Shown here piece by piece: positions 54,767-64,000 of a stretch of 64,000 nucleotides of DNA. Source of the DNA: Candidatus Saccharimonadia bacterium (lineage in GTDB: Bacteria; Patescibacteriota; SICC01); contig JANWJF010000001.1 of NCBI GenBank assembly GCA_025449535.1, positions 219,406 through 283,405 on the forward strand, written 5' to 3'. The stretch's first letter is position 1, and each line of letters begins with the position of its first letter. The position numbers were made by a program, and so were the translations under genes. Under the pieces are notes generated by a model. The model was not told the DNA's origin. It searched no databases and saw only the letters and a list, made by a program, of their open reading frames with translations.

Positions 54767-55150
54767 CTAGGCGCGGGAACGGCGCGTTTCGGGCGCGAAT
54801 CCCACGTACAGCGACGCCAGCGCGATCGCGAGGTGGAGATAGTTGTCCGCCGGGTTCACCGTGATGAAGCCGAGGATCTCCGTGCTGCCGCCGAGGAAGC
54901 CAAGGATGGCGATGATGCCAAAGACGACGCCGAAGACCTGGGCGTACGAGCGGGCGTGGCCCTTCCCGGCCACGGCGGCCACGATGCCGACCAGACCAGC
55001 CAGCAGAAGGACGACGCTGTGGCCCGCGCTCACCGCGAATACGCCCAGCAGCTGCTCATCAGGCGTCAGCGCCGGGATGAAGCCCAGTACGCCGATGACT
55101 GCCAGGACGATGCCGAGCGCCAAGACGAATTGCTTAGCCATGCGTATCAC
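54767..55150 (-). CDS. Small four-TM membrane protein (DUF4383-like)
   Basis: MAKQFVLALGIVLAVIGVLGFIP... repeated Gly-rich helices. Confidence 0.55.
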   Translation of the reverse strand: MIRMAKQFVLALGIVLAVIGVLGFIPALTPDEQLLGVFAVSAGHSVVLLLAGLVGIVAAVAGKGHARSYAQVFGVVFGIIAILGFLGGSTEILGFITVNPADNYLHLAIALASLYVGFAPETRRSRA

Positions 55151-55237
55151 CTCCTCCCTGTGTGTCTGTGTTCACGTTCAATCTAATCCGGTTTGAGTAT
55201 AGGCCAGGCAGGCCCTTGCCGGTAGTCGACGGGTTCC

Positions 55238-55888
55238 CTACCACCCTCGCTTCGGGTCGGGGATGGTGCCGTCGAACGTCATCCGGTCGTAGACCTGCCG
55301 CGTCAGCTCGACGTCCTTCTTGCAGTACGTGACGATCTCGTCGAGTTTGCCGGCCGCGAAGTAGTCCGCCACCTGCGAGCCGTCGATGTCGTCCTTAGAG
55401 GTCGGCAGGCCCAAGGCCACGGACAGCGCGTGCAAGCTGACGTTGGTACGCCCCCAGCCGGTCCACTCGTGCATGGTGTCGTAGGCGGAGTTGCTGCGAT
55501 ACCGGGCAAGGTTCGGCATCACGCTCGGTCGTACGCCGAGAATCCGCGAGCGCTTGATCACGAATGGCAGGTCGAAGTCGAAGACGTTGTGTCCGATAAA
55601 TAGGGTGTCCGGCGTCGCCTGGGCCCAGAAGCCTTCCAGGATCGACCGCTCGTCGCCGGCCAGCGCCTGGACCTCCTGGTCATCGATGGCGTACGCCAAG
55701 CAGCAGATCCGGCCGAAGCTGCCGTCCAGGCTGGTCATGCGCAGGTAGGCCGAGAAGCTCTGCGGCGTTTGCGTGCTGCCTCGGGTGGCCTTCTTGGCCT
55801 TCTTCAACTCGTAGAGCTCTTTCAGGCGCGGCTCCAGCTGTTTGGGCGCGGGGATGGTCTCGATGTCGAAGAACAGTTTGCGGGGCAT
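55238..55888 (-). CDS. DEDD-type 3'-5' exonuclease (PolB-exonuclease-like, RNase H fold)
   Basis: LFFDIETIP (Exo I-like), IGHNVFDFDLPF (Exo II-like), Y..D near the C-terminus. Confidence 0.65.
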   Translation of the reverse strand: MPRKLFFDIETIPAPKQLEPRLKELYELKKAKKATRGSTQTPQSFSAYLRMTSLDGSFGRICCLAYAIDDQEVQALAGDERSILEGFWAQATPDTLFIGHNVFDFDLPFVIKRSRILGVRPSVMPNLARYRSNSAYDTMHEWTGWGRTNVSLHALSVALGLPTSKDDIDGSQVADYFAAGKLDEIVTYCKKDVELTRQVYDRMTFDGTIPDPKRGW

Positions 55889-55964
55889 GTCTCAAGTATA
55901 CGGGCTTGAAACAAAACCGGCGCCCCTCGCGGAGCGCCGGCTCAAAAGTCTTACGTGCCCGAGC

Positions 55965-56393
55965 TTACTTCTTTTCTTCCTTGTTCTGCTCGTTGATCGC
56001 CTTGGTGACCGGGCTATCCTCGCTCAACTCCTCCCAGACCGCGATCTGCTCAGAATGGATCTTCATCGCGCCGACCGGCTGGTACAGCGCCTTGTCCCGG
56101 GCTACCAGCGACAGCTGCGGGGTCGCCTGCTTGCCATCCTGGCCCTGTCCGGCCGCGTTCTGGATCGTATAGGCGTTGTCCAGCGTCACGTACTTGTTGC
56201 CAAGGCCGCTGAGCTGGCCGTAGAAGGTCGCGCCGTTGTTCAGCGTCACCGCCTGATAACGGTCATTGTCAGGGGTACCGCCACCGTAATCGCCGAATAC
56301 GCCAAACGTGGTCACGCCCGCCAGTACGATCAACGAGACCGCGATCGCCATAATCGCCCCCCGGGTGCTGATGTCCTTTATGTCTTCCGCCAT
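55965..56393 (-). CDS. Small N-terminally anchored protein (paralog of 42510..42929)
   Basis: TM AIMAIAVSLIVLAGVTTF plus the shared YQAV.L.NG..YFG.LSGLG motif. Confidence 0.55.
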   Translation of the reverse strand: MAEDIKDISTRGAIMAIAVSLIVLAGVTTFGVFGDYGGGTPDNDRYQAVTLNNGATFYGQLSGLGNKYVTLDNAYTIQNAAGQGQDGKQATPQLSLVARDKALYQPVGAMKIHSEQIAVWEELSEDSPVTKAINEQNKEEKK

Positions 56394-56469
56394 GAGCCCT
56401 CCTCTTTTCGTGTGAGTTTTGGTAATTCCGCTATTGTTTGTACCAGCTTAGCCAGGCAGGCGCAAGTCG

Positions 56470-56592
56470 GTCAGTCCCGGTGTTTACGCAGGCGGCGGAG
56501 CAGCAGGAGCGGGAGGGCCAGGATCACCCAGAACAGGCCCGCTTTCGCGACGGTGCCCTTGTTCTCTTCCTTTTCCGTGACGAGTCGGCCCA
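56470..56592 (-). CDS. Candidate 40-aa single-TM peptide downstream of the SPFH gene
   Basis: MGRLVTEKEENKGTVAKAGLFWVILALPLLLLRRLRKHRD*. Not in the ORF track. Confidence 0.3.
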
Positions 56593-56604
56593 TATGCCCC
56601 TATC

Positions 56605-57168
56605 TTAGACGCGGCTCGCGGTCTTAACCACCTGCGACAGCAGCACGTCCTCGATGATGATGCCCTTCTCCTTGAAGCTCTTGCCGAGCTCGTGCTTGAT
56701 CTCGCTCTCGATCTTGTCGCGGTCCTTGCCGGCGATGTCCAGCGACTCGTGCCGGCTGGCTACCACGCGGATCCGCGAACGCGTGATCGGGCGGATGATC
56801 TTCTCCACGTAGTCCTCGCCGATCTCTTGCCAGACCCGCGGCACCTCGTTCTCGTCCAGGCGGAAGAGGATCGTGCCCTGGAGCTCGACGTTATCGCCGT
56901 CGGCTTCCTTGGCATGGATCGCCTCGTCGCCCATCTGGGTGGGGTCGGCCAGGTCGAAACCTTTCTTGATCTGATACTCGAGCGTCTGGACGTTGAACAG
57001 CTTCGCCTTCTGCCAGAACGGGACCTTCAGATGGAGGCCCGGCTTCCAGACCTTCTTGAGCACACCGCGACCTCGATCGTAGACGCAGGCCACGTGTCCG
57101 GGCGGGACCGAGATGAAGAGTCCCAGGAGGACGTCATCAAGCAGGAATGATACGACTAACTTGTTCAT
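56605..57168 (-). CDS. SPFH/Band-7 (prohibitin-like) domain protein
   Basis: N-terminal anchor followed by an SPFH-like core (VYDRGRGVLKKVWKPGLHLKVPF...). Confidence 0.65.
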   Translation of the reverse strand: MNKLVVSFLLDDVLLGLFISVPPGHVACVYDRGRGVLKKVWKPGLHLKVPFWQKAKLFNVQTLEYQIKKGFDLADPTQMGDEAIHAKEADGDNVELQGTILFRLDENEVPRVWQEIGEDYVEKIIRPITRSRIRVVASRHESLDIAGKDRDKIESEIKHELGKSFKEKGIIIEDVLLSQVVKTASRV

Positions 57169-57237
57169 GCGGAGTCTCGCAAGGACTTAGTATACGCCCT
57201 TCGCGGCGTATGGCAAGTTTTTGCCTTTGTTATGGGA

Positions 57238-57948
57238 TTACTCAGGATCCGCGCCCAGGCTCGGCTCCACCCGGAAGACGTACTTCCCCACCAGGAAGAA
57301 CCCGACCGAGAACAATATCGAGACCAGCAAGAACAGCGACTTCGCCGAGGGCAGCAGGAGCAACACGCCGAAGACGAACAGCGGCAGGACGATCACGTAC
57401 CAGACGTCGGAGAGCTTGGCCCCGGGCTCGGGCTCGGGCGTGGTCAGCCAGAGCAGCACGTACAGCGCGCCGGCCGTGACCAGCGGCAGCCACCAGTTGC
57501 GCTCGGCCAGGTCGAACAGGCCGAAGAAAGTCGTGTCGATCCGGCCGTCGACCTGGAAGTACGCCAGCTCCGAGGGGTCGTGATGGAGGCCGGACTGGAA
57601 CACCTGGAAGAGGATCGCCAGGAAGATGACCTGGGCCAGGAGGACCATCGCCGTGGCGTAGATGTTGATGCGATGCTGCTTGAGCAGCTTCTTAGTGAGC
57701 GAACGGCGCCGGCCGACCTCGGGCATCCGCCGGAGCTTCTCCAACTGGGGGCGGAGTTCCTCGACCCTACGGGCGGAGGAGGAGCCGACCAGCGAGGCCG
57801 GCAGCAGCGCTACCCGGATCAGGAGCGCCAGGTAGATAATCGTCAGGCCCATGTCCCGTCCCGGCAGCGTCTGGTATGTGAAGACGACCAGGTTATAGAC
57901 CGGCCGGTACAGCAGGTCGTAATAGATGAAGTGGAAGAAGTCGAGCAT
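57238..57948 (-). CDS. yidC: YidC/Oxa1-family membrane protein insertase (short form)
   Basis: GLTIIYLALLIRVALLPASL signature, 5 TMS. Confidence 0.65.
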   Translation of the reverse strand: MLDFFHFIYYDLLYRPVYNLVVFTYQTLPGRDMGLTIIYLALLIRVALLPASLVGSSSARRVEELRPQLEKLRRMPEVGRRRSLTKKLLKQHRINIYATAMVLLAQVIFLAILFQVFQSGLHHDPSELAYFQVDGRIDTTFFGLFDLAERNWWLPLVTAGALYVLLWLTTPEPEPGAKLSDVWYVIVLPLFVFGVLLLLPSAKSLFLLVSILFSVGFFLVGKYVFRVEPSLGADPE

Positions 57949-57949
57949 G

Positions 57950-60004
57950 TCAGTCGTGCACGGGTTTGAACGTCAAATCATACACGAGATCGCCACGCGC
58001 CGTGCCGGTCAGGACGATCCGCCGGCCTTCCACCGTCGCGTCGTCACGGCCGTCCCAGACGTAGCCGTCCGGGAGGACGACCGTGGTGCGCACCTTCACC
58101 GTGGCGCCGGCCTGGGAGATGTAGCGAAGCGGCATCCTGCCCTGGTCGAGGTCCAACTTGCCCCGCCGGAAGTCCGCGGCGTACGACGTCGTGCCGAACC
58201 GGGGTACGTCCGTCCAGCCGCCGAGCACAGCGCCCCACTCCGGGGCCTCGTCGGTGAGTTCGCTGGCGTTCCAGCCGTCGGTCTCCGCGACCTCGCTGCC
58301 CGGCGGTAGGTACAGCCGTGCGTAGTTGAGGTTGTCGTGGGTCTCGGTCTCGCCGGAATGGGTCCGCTCCACCGCGACCGACTCGGTGACGGTGCCGCCC
58401 TCCGCGACCTCGACCGTCCGGTCCAGCGTCGTCGAGATGTCACGGCTGGACTTGAACCCGGCGATGTTCGCGTCGATCAGGCTGAGCGCCCCTTCGTACG
58501 CGCGGTGGGCCCCGGACGCCTTGGCCGTACCGAGCAGGGCTTCCTGCCGCTCGCGGTCGAAGTAGACCTGGATGTCGCCGCTCTTGGCCGCCTTCGTCAC
58601 GACGGCCAGGGCCTGGCTACGCTTCGCGTCCGGCGCGGAAGCCAGCTTCTTCAGCAAGGCCGGCAGGAAGTCACGGAGAATCTTCTTGGGGTCTTCGTCC
58701 GAGACGACGCGGCGTTCCTTCTGGTCGTCCTGGATGGTCGTCTGGAAATTGTCCGCGGTCAGGGTGTAGCCGTACTCCGACAACTCCACCGGCCCGAGGA
58801 TGCGCAGCATGTCTTCGACCGGCGTGACGGTGAGGGCGATTACCCCGTCAGTGGTGCTGCGACCGCCCTGTTCGTAGAAGTCCTGGAACCGTTTGGCGGC
58901 CGTCGGGAAGTCCGGCGACCAGTTGGCGTCCTGCAGGCCCCAGACCGGCGGATCCTGCTCGGCGAACCGGAGAAACGGGATGGGCGGCGGTTCGTCGACC
59001 GTCCGGTTGGCCTGGTTCGCCACGTTATAGATGGACTCCACCTTGAGGTCCTTCACCGCGCCGCGGTCCAGCGTCAGCTCGCCCAAGGTGCCGATGAACC
59101 CGCCGGTCGGGCGCAGCTCGGCCGGGTTCTGGAACCAGAGCAGGTACCGGCGGAACTCGCGCTCGCCGAGGATATCCGGAAGCTGGTCCACCGCCTCGCC
59201 GCCGGAAGCCAGGGCCTTCCGGGCGTCCGGCAGCAAGCGCTGGAACTCGCTGCCCGCCTCCCGGAGCTGAGGCAGGCCGCTGCCGGCGGCACGGCTGGAC
59301 AGGGCATCGAGGAGGTCGAGTTGGCGGTCCAGCTCGGAGAAACCCTCCTTGAGGGCCGGGACCCGGTCGTTGAGGATCCGACCGGTGGCATAGAAGCCGT
59401 CCTCGTGGCGCGAGGCCGCGTCGGGGATCGTCCGCACGTCCCGGACGAGGCCGCGGGCCGTCCCGACGAACCGTTCCCCGGTCGCCAGGAGTTCCACCGC
59501 CACCGTGCGGTCTCCGACGACGCGGCTGAACGGCACCCCGCCCTGCTGGCCGAGCGAGGCCACCGAGCGGTTGGCGTCGTGCAGGGAGTGCTGGGCCACG
59601 CCGAGGTCATCCTCGGCGGCGACCAGGTCGCCCTTGGCGAAGGCCTCGCGGGCCGAGTCGAGCGCCTCGCGGGCCACCGAGATCCGGGCGGTCACGTCGC
59701 CCTGGACGTCCTTGCCTTCCCCGCTGACCTGGGCGGCGAGGCCGACGACCAGCGCGACAGCGAGGGCGCCGCGGGCCAGCAGCTTCCAGCCAGGCGTCGG
59801 CCGGGCGCTCCGGCGGCGCTCCGGCGGCGCGGGCGGCGCTCCGGCGGCGCGGACCTTCGTCTCGGACAGCTTAGGTTCCTGACGCCGGTATCGGACGGTA
59901 CCGGCGCCGTCCAACCGGATGGCGTCGTCATGCCGCTTCCGCGGGGCCTTTCCCGAGGAGGGCTTCGCGTCGGACTTTGAGCGGATGTCGTCTCTGAGCG
60001 TCAT
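57950..60004 (-). CDS. Large membrane-anchored extracytoplasmic protein (DUF4012-like), typical of actinobacterial cell-wall polysaccharide loci
   Basis: N-terminal TM; REFRRYLLWFQNPAELRPTGGFIG core. Confidence 0.55.
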   Translation of the reverse strand: MTLRDDIRSKSDAKPSSGKAPRKRHDDAIRLDGAGTVRYRRQEPKLSETKVRAAGAPPAPPERRRSARPTPGWKLLARGALAVALVVGLAAQVSGEGKDVQGDVTARISVAREALDSAREAFAKGDLVAAEDDLGVAQHSLHDANRSVASLGQQGGVPFSRVVGDRTVAVELLATGERFVGTARGLVRDVRTIPDAASRHEDGFYATGRILNDRVPALKEGFSELDRQLDLLDALSSRAAGSGLPQLREAGSEFQRLLPDARKALASGGEAVDQLPDILGEREFRRYLLWFQNPAELRPTGGFIGTLGELTLDRGAVKDLKVESIYNVANQANRTVDEPPPIPFLRFAEQDPPVWGLQDANWSPDFPTAAKRFQDFYEQGGRSTTDGVIALTVTPVEDMLRILGPVELSEYGYTLTADNFQTTIQDDQKERRVVSDEDPKKILRDFLPALLKKLASAPDAKRSQALAVVTKAAKSGDIQVYFDRERQEALLGTAKASGAHRAYEGALSLIDANIAGFKSSRDISTTLDRTVEVAEGGTVTESVAVERTHSGETETHDNLNYARLYLPPGSEVAETDGWNASELTDEAPEWGAVLGGWTDVPRFGTTSYAADFRRGKLDLDQGRMPLRYISQAGATVKVRTTVVLPDGYVWDGRDDATVEGRRIVLTGTARGDLVYDLTFKPVHD

Positions 60005-61125
60005 GATTCCTGGGCGGCTTCCTTAATCAAGCGGTACGTCCCGGCGGCGGCGCGTGACCAGCGGAACCGGCCGAGCCTGGATTTCCCCTTGGCGGCCAGC
60101 CGCCGGCGCAGCGCCGGGCTCCGTTCCAAGCGTAGCAGTTCGCGGGCGACCGCGGCAGCGGAACCGACGCGAAGGGCGCCCGGCCCAACGGTCTCGTCGA
60201 AGATGCGGAGCGGCGACACCAGTCCCGGCGTCCCGCAGGCCAGCGACTCGAGCGGCGGAAACCCGAAGCCCTCCTGGCGGGATACCAGGGCCGTCGCCAG
60301 CGCCTCCCCGTACAAGCCCGGCTTGTCCCCGGCGGGGACGTAGCCGAGTACCTTGGCGCCGGCGGCTCGGGCGACGTCGAACCGCCTCCGCCACGGCGCC
60401 GGCGGCTCCGGTCCGACCATGATGAGGTCGGCCTTGAGCCCCCGTTTTTTCGCCGATTGGTATCCGTCGAGCAGCCGGGGGAGGTTCTTCCGAGGTTCGT
60501 ACGCGCCGACGTACAGGAAGTACTCCCCGGGCAACCCGTACTTACGACGAACCCGACGGCGTTCGGCGGCGGTCGGAGACCGGAGCGCCGGGTCGATCCC
60601 GGGGTGGACGGCCGAGACCTTCGCCGAGGGTACGCCGTACCAGCGGACCAACTCCCGGCGCGACTCCACGGAGACCGTGATTACCCGCCCGGCGGCGCCG
60701 ACCAGGCGGCGCGGACGCACCCCGGCGTGCCAGAGCCGTTCCTTGCGGGTATAGAGTTCCGGCGACCGCTCGAACGAGAGATCGTGTACCGTGAGGACCA
60801 ACGGCGTCTTCCCGAGCCGCGGCAGGAAGCCGAGGTTCGGCATGAAGAACGCGTCGACCGGCCCGAGCAGGCGACGCAGCGAGGGTCGGCCGGCCATGGC
60901 GAGCGACGCGTTCATGAGTTTGTTGGGGACGCGGACGTGGCGGACCTCCACGTTCCGCTTCCGAAGCGGCGACCCGGGACGCCAGGCGCGGCGGCCAGTC
61001 TGGAGCAGCACCCAGGTATCCTCCGGGTACCGCGCGATCAGCTCGCCGACCAGTTGCTCGGCGTAGTGGCCGACCCCGCGTCCGGTCGGCGAGGCGAACG
61101 GGCGGGCATCAACGCCGATCCGCAT
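60001..61125 (-). CDS. Glycosyltransferase family 4
   Basis: GT4 fold; 4-nt overlaps with both neighbours. Confidence 0.8.
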   Translation of the reverse strand: MRIGVDARPFASPTGRGVGHYAEQLVGELIARYPEDTWVLLQTGRRAWRPGSPLRKRNVEVRHVRVPNKLMNASLAMAGRPSLRRLLGPVDAFFMPNLGFLPRLGKTPLVLTVHDLSFERSPELYTRKERLWHAGVRPRRLVGAAGRVITVSVESRRELVRWYGVPSAKVSAVHPGIDPALRSPTAAERRRVRRKYGLPGEYFLYVGAYEPRKNLPRLLDGYQSAKKRGLKADLIMVGPEPPAPWRRRFDVARAAGAKVLGYVPAGDKPGLYGEALATALVSRQEGFGFPPLESLACGTPGLVSPLRIFDETVGPGALRVGSAAAVARELLRLERSPALRRRLAAKGKSRLGRFRWSRAAAGTYRLIKEAAQES

Positions 61126-62242
61126 GGCGCCTGGGCCCTTGGTCGGACGCTTGGTAGGTCCGGTGGACGTGCTCCCGTAACCGGGCGCGGAACCGGCTCG
61201 CCGAGAAATCCTTGGAACGCTCGAGCAGGTCGGCCGGGCGGTACCGCTCCGACTTGAACGTGCGAAGCGCCGCGGCGACCACGTCCGGTGTCTGCTTGTC
61301 GAAGAACGCGCCGGTCTTGGCCGTGACGATCTCCCTGGCGCCGCCTTCGCGGAACGCGATTACAGGGGTACCGGAGGCCAGCGCCTCCACCACCGTGATC
61401 CCGAAGTCCTCTTCCTGCGGGTTGACCAGCGCTCGCGCCTCTGCGAACAGCTGCTTCCGCTTGGCATCGGAGACCCGTCCCGTGAACTCCACCGTCGGTC
61501 CGGCCAGTTTTTCCAAACGGGCACGGTCGGTGCCGTTCCCCATCACGATGAGTCGGATGCCAAGCCGGTTCGCGGCCTCGATCACGACGTCGCAGCGCTT
61601 GTACGGCTCCAGGCGGCCGGCCAGCAGGAAGTAGTCGCGGCGCTTGGCCGTCGGTCCGAACTTGGACGAGTCCACCGGGGGATGGATCACCGCCGCCGGG
61701 CGGCCGTAGTACCGCTTGATCCGGTCCGCTACGTATCGCGAGTTCGCGACGTAGTCGTCGACGCCGCGGGCGGCCCGCAGGTCCTTCTTCCGGAGCCGGC
61801 CGAGGAGCGCCCGAAAGGCGGATTTCAGGAAACCCGGATACCCCGTCTCGCGAATGTAGCGGTCCGCGTCGCTCCAGAGATACCGGGTCGGCGTGTGACA
61901 GTAGCAGACGTGCAGCGTGTCCGACCCGGTCCGGACGGACTTCGCCCAGGCCGAGGCCGAGGAGACCACCACGTCGTACTCCGATAGGTCGAACCGCCGG
62001 AAGGCGCCGTCCAGCAGTAGCATCGTCCATTTGTAGAACCGCCGCGCCAACGGGAGACGTTGCAGATAGCTCGTCCGGATGTCCTTACCGCGGAAGTCGG
62101 GTCCCATCTTCCGCGGGTCGAAGTACGCCGTGTAGACCGGTGCGTCCGGCCAGGTCCGCATCAGCTCACGGAGCACCTGCTCCGCCCCGCCGTCCTGGAC
62201 GAGGTGGTCGTGGACGAGCGCGACCCTGGGCTTCCGCCCCAT
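61109..62242 (-). CDS. Glycosyltransferase family 4
   Basis: MGRKPRVALVHDHLVQDGGAEQV N-terminus with a GT4 C-terminal domain. Confidence 0.8.
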   Translation of the reverse strand: MGRKPRVALVHDHLVQDGGAEQVLRELMRTWPDAPVYTAYFDPRKMGPDFRGKDIRTSYLQRLPLARRFYKWTMLLLDGAFRRFDLSEYDVVVSSASAWAKSVRTGSDTLHVCYCHTPTRYLWSDADRYIRETGYPGFLKSAFRALLGRLRKKDLRAARGVDDYVANSRYVADRIKRYYGRPAAVIHPPVDSSKFGPTAKRRDYFLLAGRLEPYKRCDVVIEAANRLGIRLIVMGNGTDRARLEKLAGPTVEFTGRVSDAKRKQLFAEARALVNPQEEDFGITVVEALASGTPVIAFREGGAREIVTAKTGAFFDKQTPDVVAAALRTFKSERYRPADLLERSKDFSASRFRARLREHVHRTYQASDQGPRRHADRR

Positions 62243-62245
62243 GGG

Positions 62246-63646
62246 TTAGTAAGCGCCTTTCCGGCTAAATACCACCCGGATCGTCTTGAGCAGGATCGTC
62301 AGGTCTAGCAACAGCGACCAGTGCTGGATGTAGTAGAGGTCGAGGCGCATCCACTCGTCAAATCCGATGTCGCTCCGCCCGGCGACCTGCCACGGGCCGG
62401 TGATGCCCGGCTTGATCGTCAGACGGCGGCGCTGCTGGCGGTTGTACTGCTTGACCTCATGAGGAAGCGGTGGGCGCGGCCCGACCAGGCTCATGTCGCC
62501 CTTGAGCACGTTCAGAACCTGAGGAAGTTCGTCCAAACTGGTCTTCCGAAGCATGCGTCCCACCTTCGTCACCCGGGGATCATCCTTCATCTTGAAGACT
62601 GGACCGCTGACTTCATTGTGCTTAAGAAGACGCTTAGGAGGTTTCGATGTGCGCCACTGGGTCATGCTTCGGAATTTATGGTAGTTGAACAGCTGGCCCT
62701 GCCGACCAACCCGCTTTTGAGGCAATAAAACGGGTCCCGGAGAATCCAGCTTGATCGCCAGTGCGATAAACGGATACAGCAGCAGGAAGAACGGCAGGAT
62801 CAGGATGCCGCCGACCAGGTCGAACGCCCGCTTGCCGATCCGGCCCCAACCCTCGAGCGGGGTCCGGAGAAGGGTCATCAGCGGGATGCCGCCGACCGCC
62901 GCCACGCCGACCCGAGCCGTCGCCAATTCCGGCGTGCTCGGCACGAACCGGAAGTCGGTATGGGTGTCTTCGGTGGCCCCCATGATCGCTAGTTTCTGGC
63001 CGCCGGACAGATTCGGGTCGGCGTCGATCAGCTCGTCCGGCCGGTACCGCTCCAAAATCGAGGGAACGTCCCGCAGCCGGCCGATGACGCCCTTGCCCTT
63101 CGGACCCGGCTTCGTGGCCACGAAGCCGAGAATCTGGTACCCGCGGCCTTGGCGGGTCAGCTCCCGGGCCAGCGTCTTCGCGTGGGAACCAGTGCCGATC
63201 ACGACCGCCCGGCGCACGCCGATGCCGTACCGGAACAGTCCCTGCTGGACCAACCGGACCACACCGCGGACCAGGCCGAGCAGGACGATCGCCGCCAGGA
63301 ATCCGAACAACACCACGAACCGCGAGAAGAAGTCGACCCGGAGGAAGAAGATCAACGCGACGATCGAGAGCGTGCCGACGAACGACCCGGCCACGATCTT
63401 GGCGAACTCCGTCATCCCGCGTCGGTTACTGCGCAGCCGGTACAGGCCGAGCAGCGCGAAGATCACCAGCCAGAGGAGCGTCGCGGCGGCGGCGAACAGT
63501 GCGTAGTCGCCGGTGGGCAGGACATATTTGACCGGCAGGGCGCCGGATTCCACCCGGACGTAGTACGAAAGCATGAACGCGCCGTAGACCGCGGCGGCGT
63601 CCAGCGGCACCAGGAGGGCGGATATGGCAAGTTCGGAGCGTTTCAT
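62246..63646 (-). CDS. Polyprenyl-phosphate sugar phosphotransferase (WbaP/CpsE-type initiating transferase with a CoA-binding domain)
   Basis: N-terminal TMs, Rossmann segment (VVIGTGSHAKTLARE), bacterial sugar transferase C-terminus (GPRPPLPHEV...PGITGPWQV). Confidence 0.85.
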   Translation of the reverse strand: MKRSELAISALLVPLDAAAVYGAFMLSYYVRVESGALPVKYVLPTGDYALFAAAATLLWLVIFALLGLYRLRSNRRGMTEFAKIVAGSFVGTLSIVALIFFLRVDFFSRFVVLFGFLAAIVLLGLVRGVVRLVQQGLFRYGIGVRRAVVIGTGSHAKTLARELTRQGRGYQILGFVATKPGPKGKGVIGRLRDVPSILERYRPDELIDADPNLSGGQKLAIMGATEDTHTDFRFVPSTPELATARVGVAAVGGIPLMTLLRTPLEGWGRIGKRAFDLVGGILILPFFLLLYPFIALAIKLDSPGPVLLPQKRVGRQGQLFNYHKFRSMTQWRTSKPPKRLLKHNEVSGPVFKMKDDPRVTKVGRMLRKTSLDELPQVLNVLKGDMSLVGPRPPLPHEVKQYNRQQRRRLTIKPGITGPWQVAGRSDIGFDEWMRLDLYYIQHWSLLLDLTILLKTIRVVFSRKGAY

Positions 63647-63658
63647 GTTTATTCCAGC

Positions 63659-64000
63659 TTAGCGCACCAACGAGAGGTCCCGCTTGATCACGACCGGCGC
63701 GAACCCCGCGATCTCGTCCCGCAGCATTCCATCCGGGACGTCGTTCCACAGGAATATCTTCTTCCCAAGCTCGAACGCCTTGAACATCTCCAGGAACGTC
63801 GCCCCGCCGACGTAGTTCTCCTGGTCTCCCTTGGCCTCGTTGATGACCAGGATCGCGTCGTTGGCCCGGACCTTGCGTTCCTGCTCGCGCAGCATCTCCG
63901 CTTTCCATGCGGCGTGCCGCTCCGGATTACCGGCCTTGAGCCCGTCCTCCCGACCCGGATCGTCGAAGCTGTTCGGAAGCGTGACTTGATGGCCGGACTC
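63659..64000 (-). CDS. C-terminal part of a Rossmann-like protein (nucleoside 2-deoxyribosyltransferase-like?); gene continues beyond the window end
   Basis: Open frame to position 64000 (…ESGHQVTLPNSFDDPGREDGLKAGNPERHAAWKAEMLREQERKVRANDAILVINEAKGDQENYVGGATFLEMFKAFELGKKIFLW). Confidence 0.4.
   Translation of the reverse strand, partial: ESGHQVTLPNSFDDPGREDGLKAGNPERHAAWKAEMLREQERKVRANDAILVINEAKGDQENYVGGATFLEMFKAFELGKKIFLWNDVPDGMLRDEIAGFAPVVIKRDLSLVR

Noticed and set aside
1-64000. CRISPR arrays, integrases/transposases, rRNA genes
   Set aside because: No short regularly spaced direct repeats, no recognisable recombinase motifs and no rRNA-like sequence were seen. The only repeats are the 99-bp pair, the 24-bp tandem pair and the intragenic tandem repeats of the giant gene.

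Overview
High-GC (about 65-70%) chromosomal segment from a Gram-positive-type bacterium. Lineage markers: sortase, Lgt, MurT/GatD, Rpf-like transglycosylase, actinobacterial-type RpiB, and a WbaP + GT4 + DUF4012-like envelope polysaccharide locus. No CRISPR array, integrase, transposase or rRNA gene was seen.

Recognisable core content:
- A pentose-phosphate cluster: gnd, an rpiB-rpe fusion, transaldolase and zwf.
- A compact, overlapping thrS-miaA-murT-gatD-pyrE-pyrF operon.
- infC and rpmI-rplT.
- A DEAD-box helicase, a Rel/SpoT homolog, three MFS transporters, a ZIP transporter, an orphan histidine kinase and a single-domain response regulator.
- tRNA-Val and tRNA-Glu.

Most interesting non-core content:
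- A duplicated module made of a small zinc-ribbon protein plus a 99-bp structured non-coding element that is better conserved than the paralogous coding sequence.
- A five-gene hypothetical cluster (6.6-10.8 kb) including a 607-aa protein built from about five degenerate DnaA-domain-IV-like HTH repeats.
- A roughly 9.4 kb cassette (a 2.6-kb-aa tandem-repeat surface protein, a membrane protein sharing its C-terminal domain, and a small anchored protein) sitting between infC and rpmI-rplT and driven by a consensus promoter with a palindromic spacer.
- An rpf-like gene with a roughly 340-nt AT-rich leader carrying a promoter and a terminator-like attenuator hairpin.
- A lower-GC region adjacent to tRNA-Glu with a 24-bp direct repeat spanning a start codon.

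All calls are from reading the sequence and ORF track only; no searches were run, so homology statements come from motif recognition and should be confirmed.
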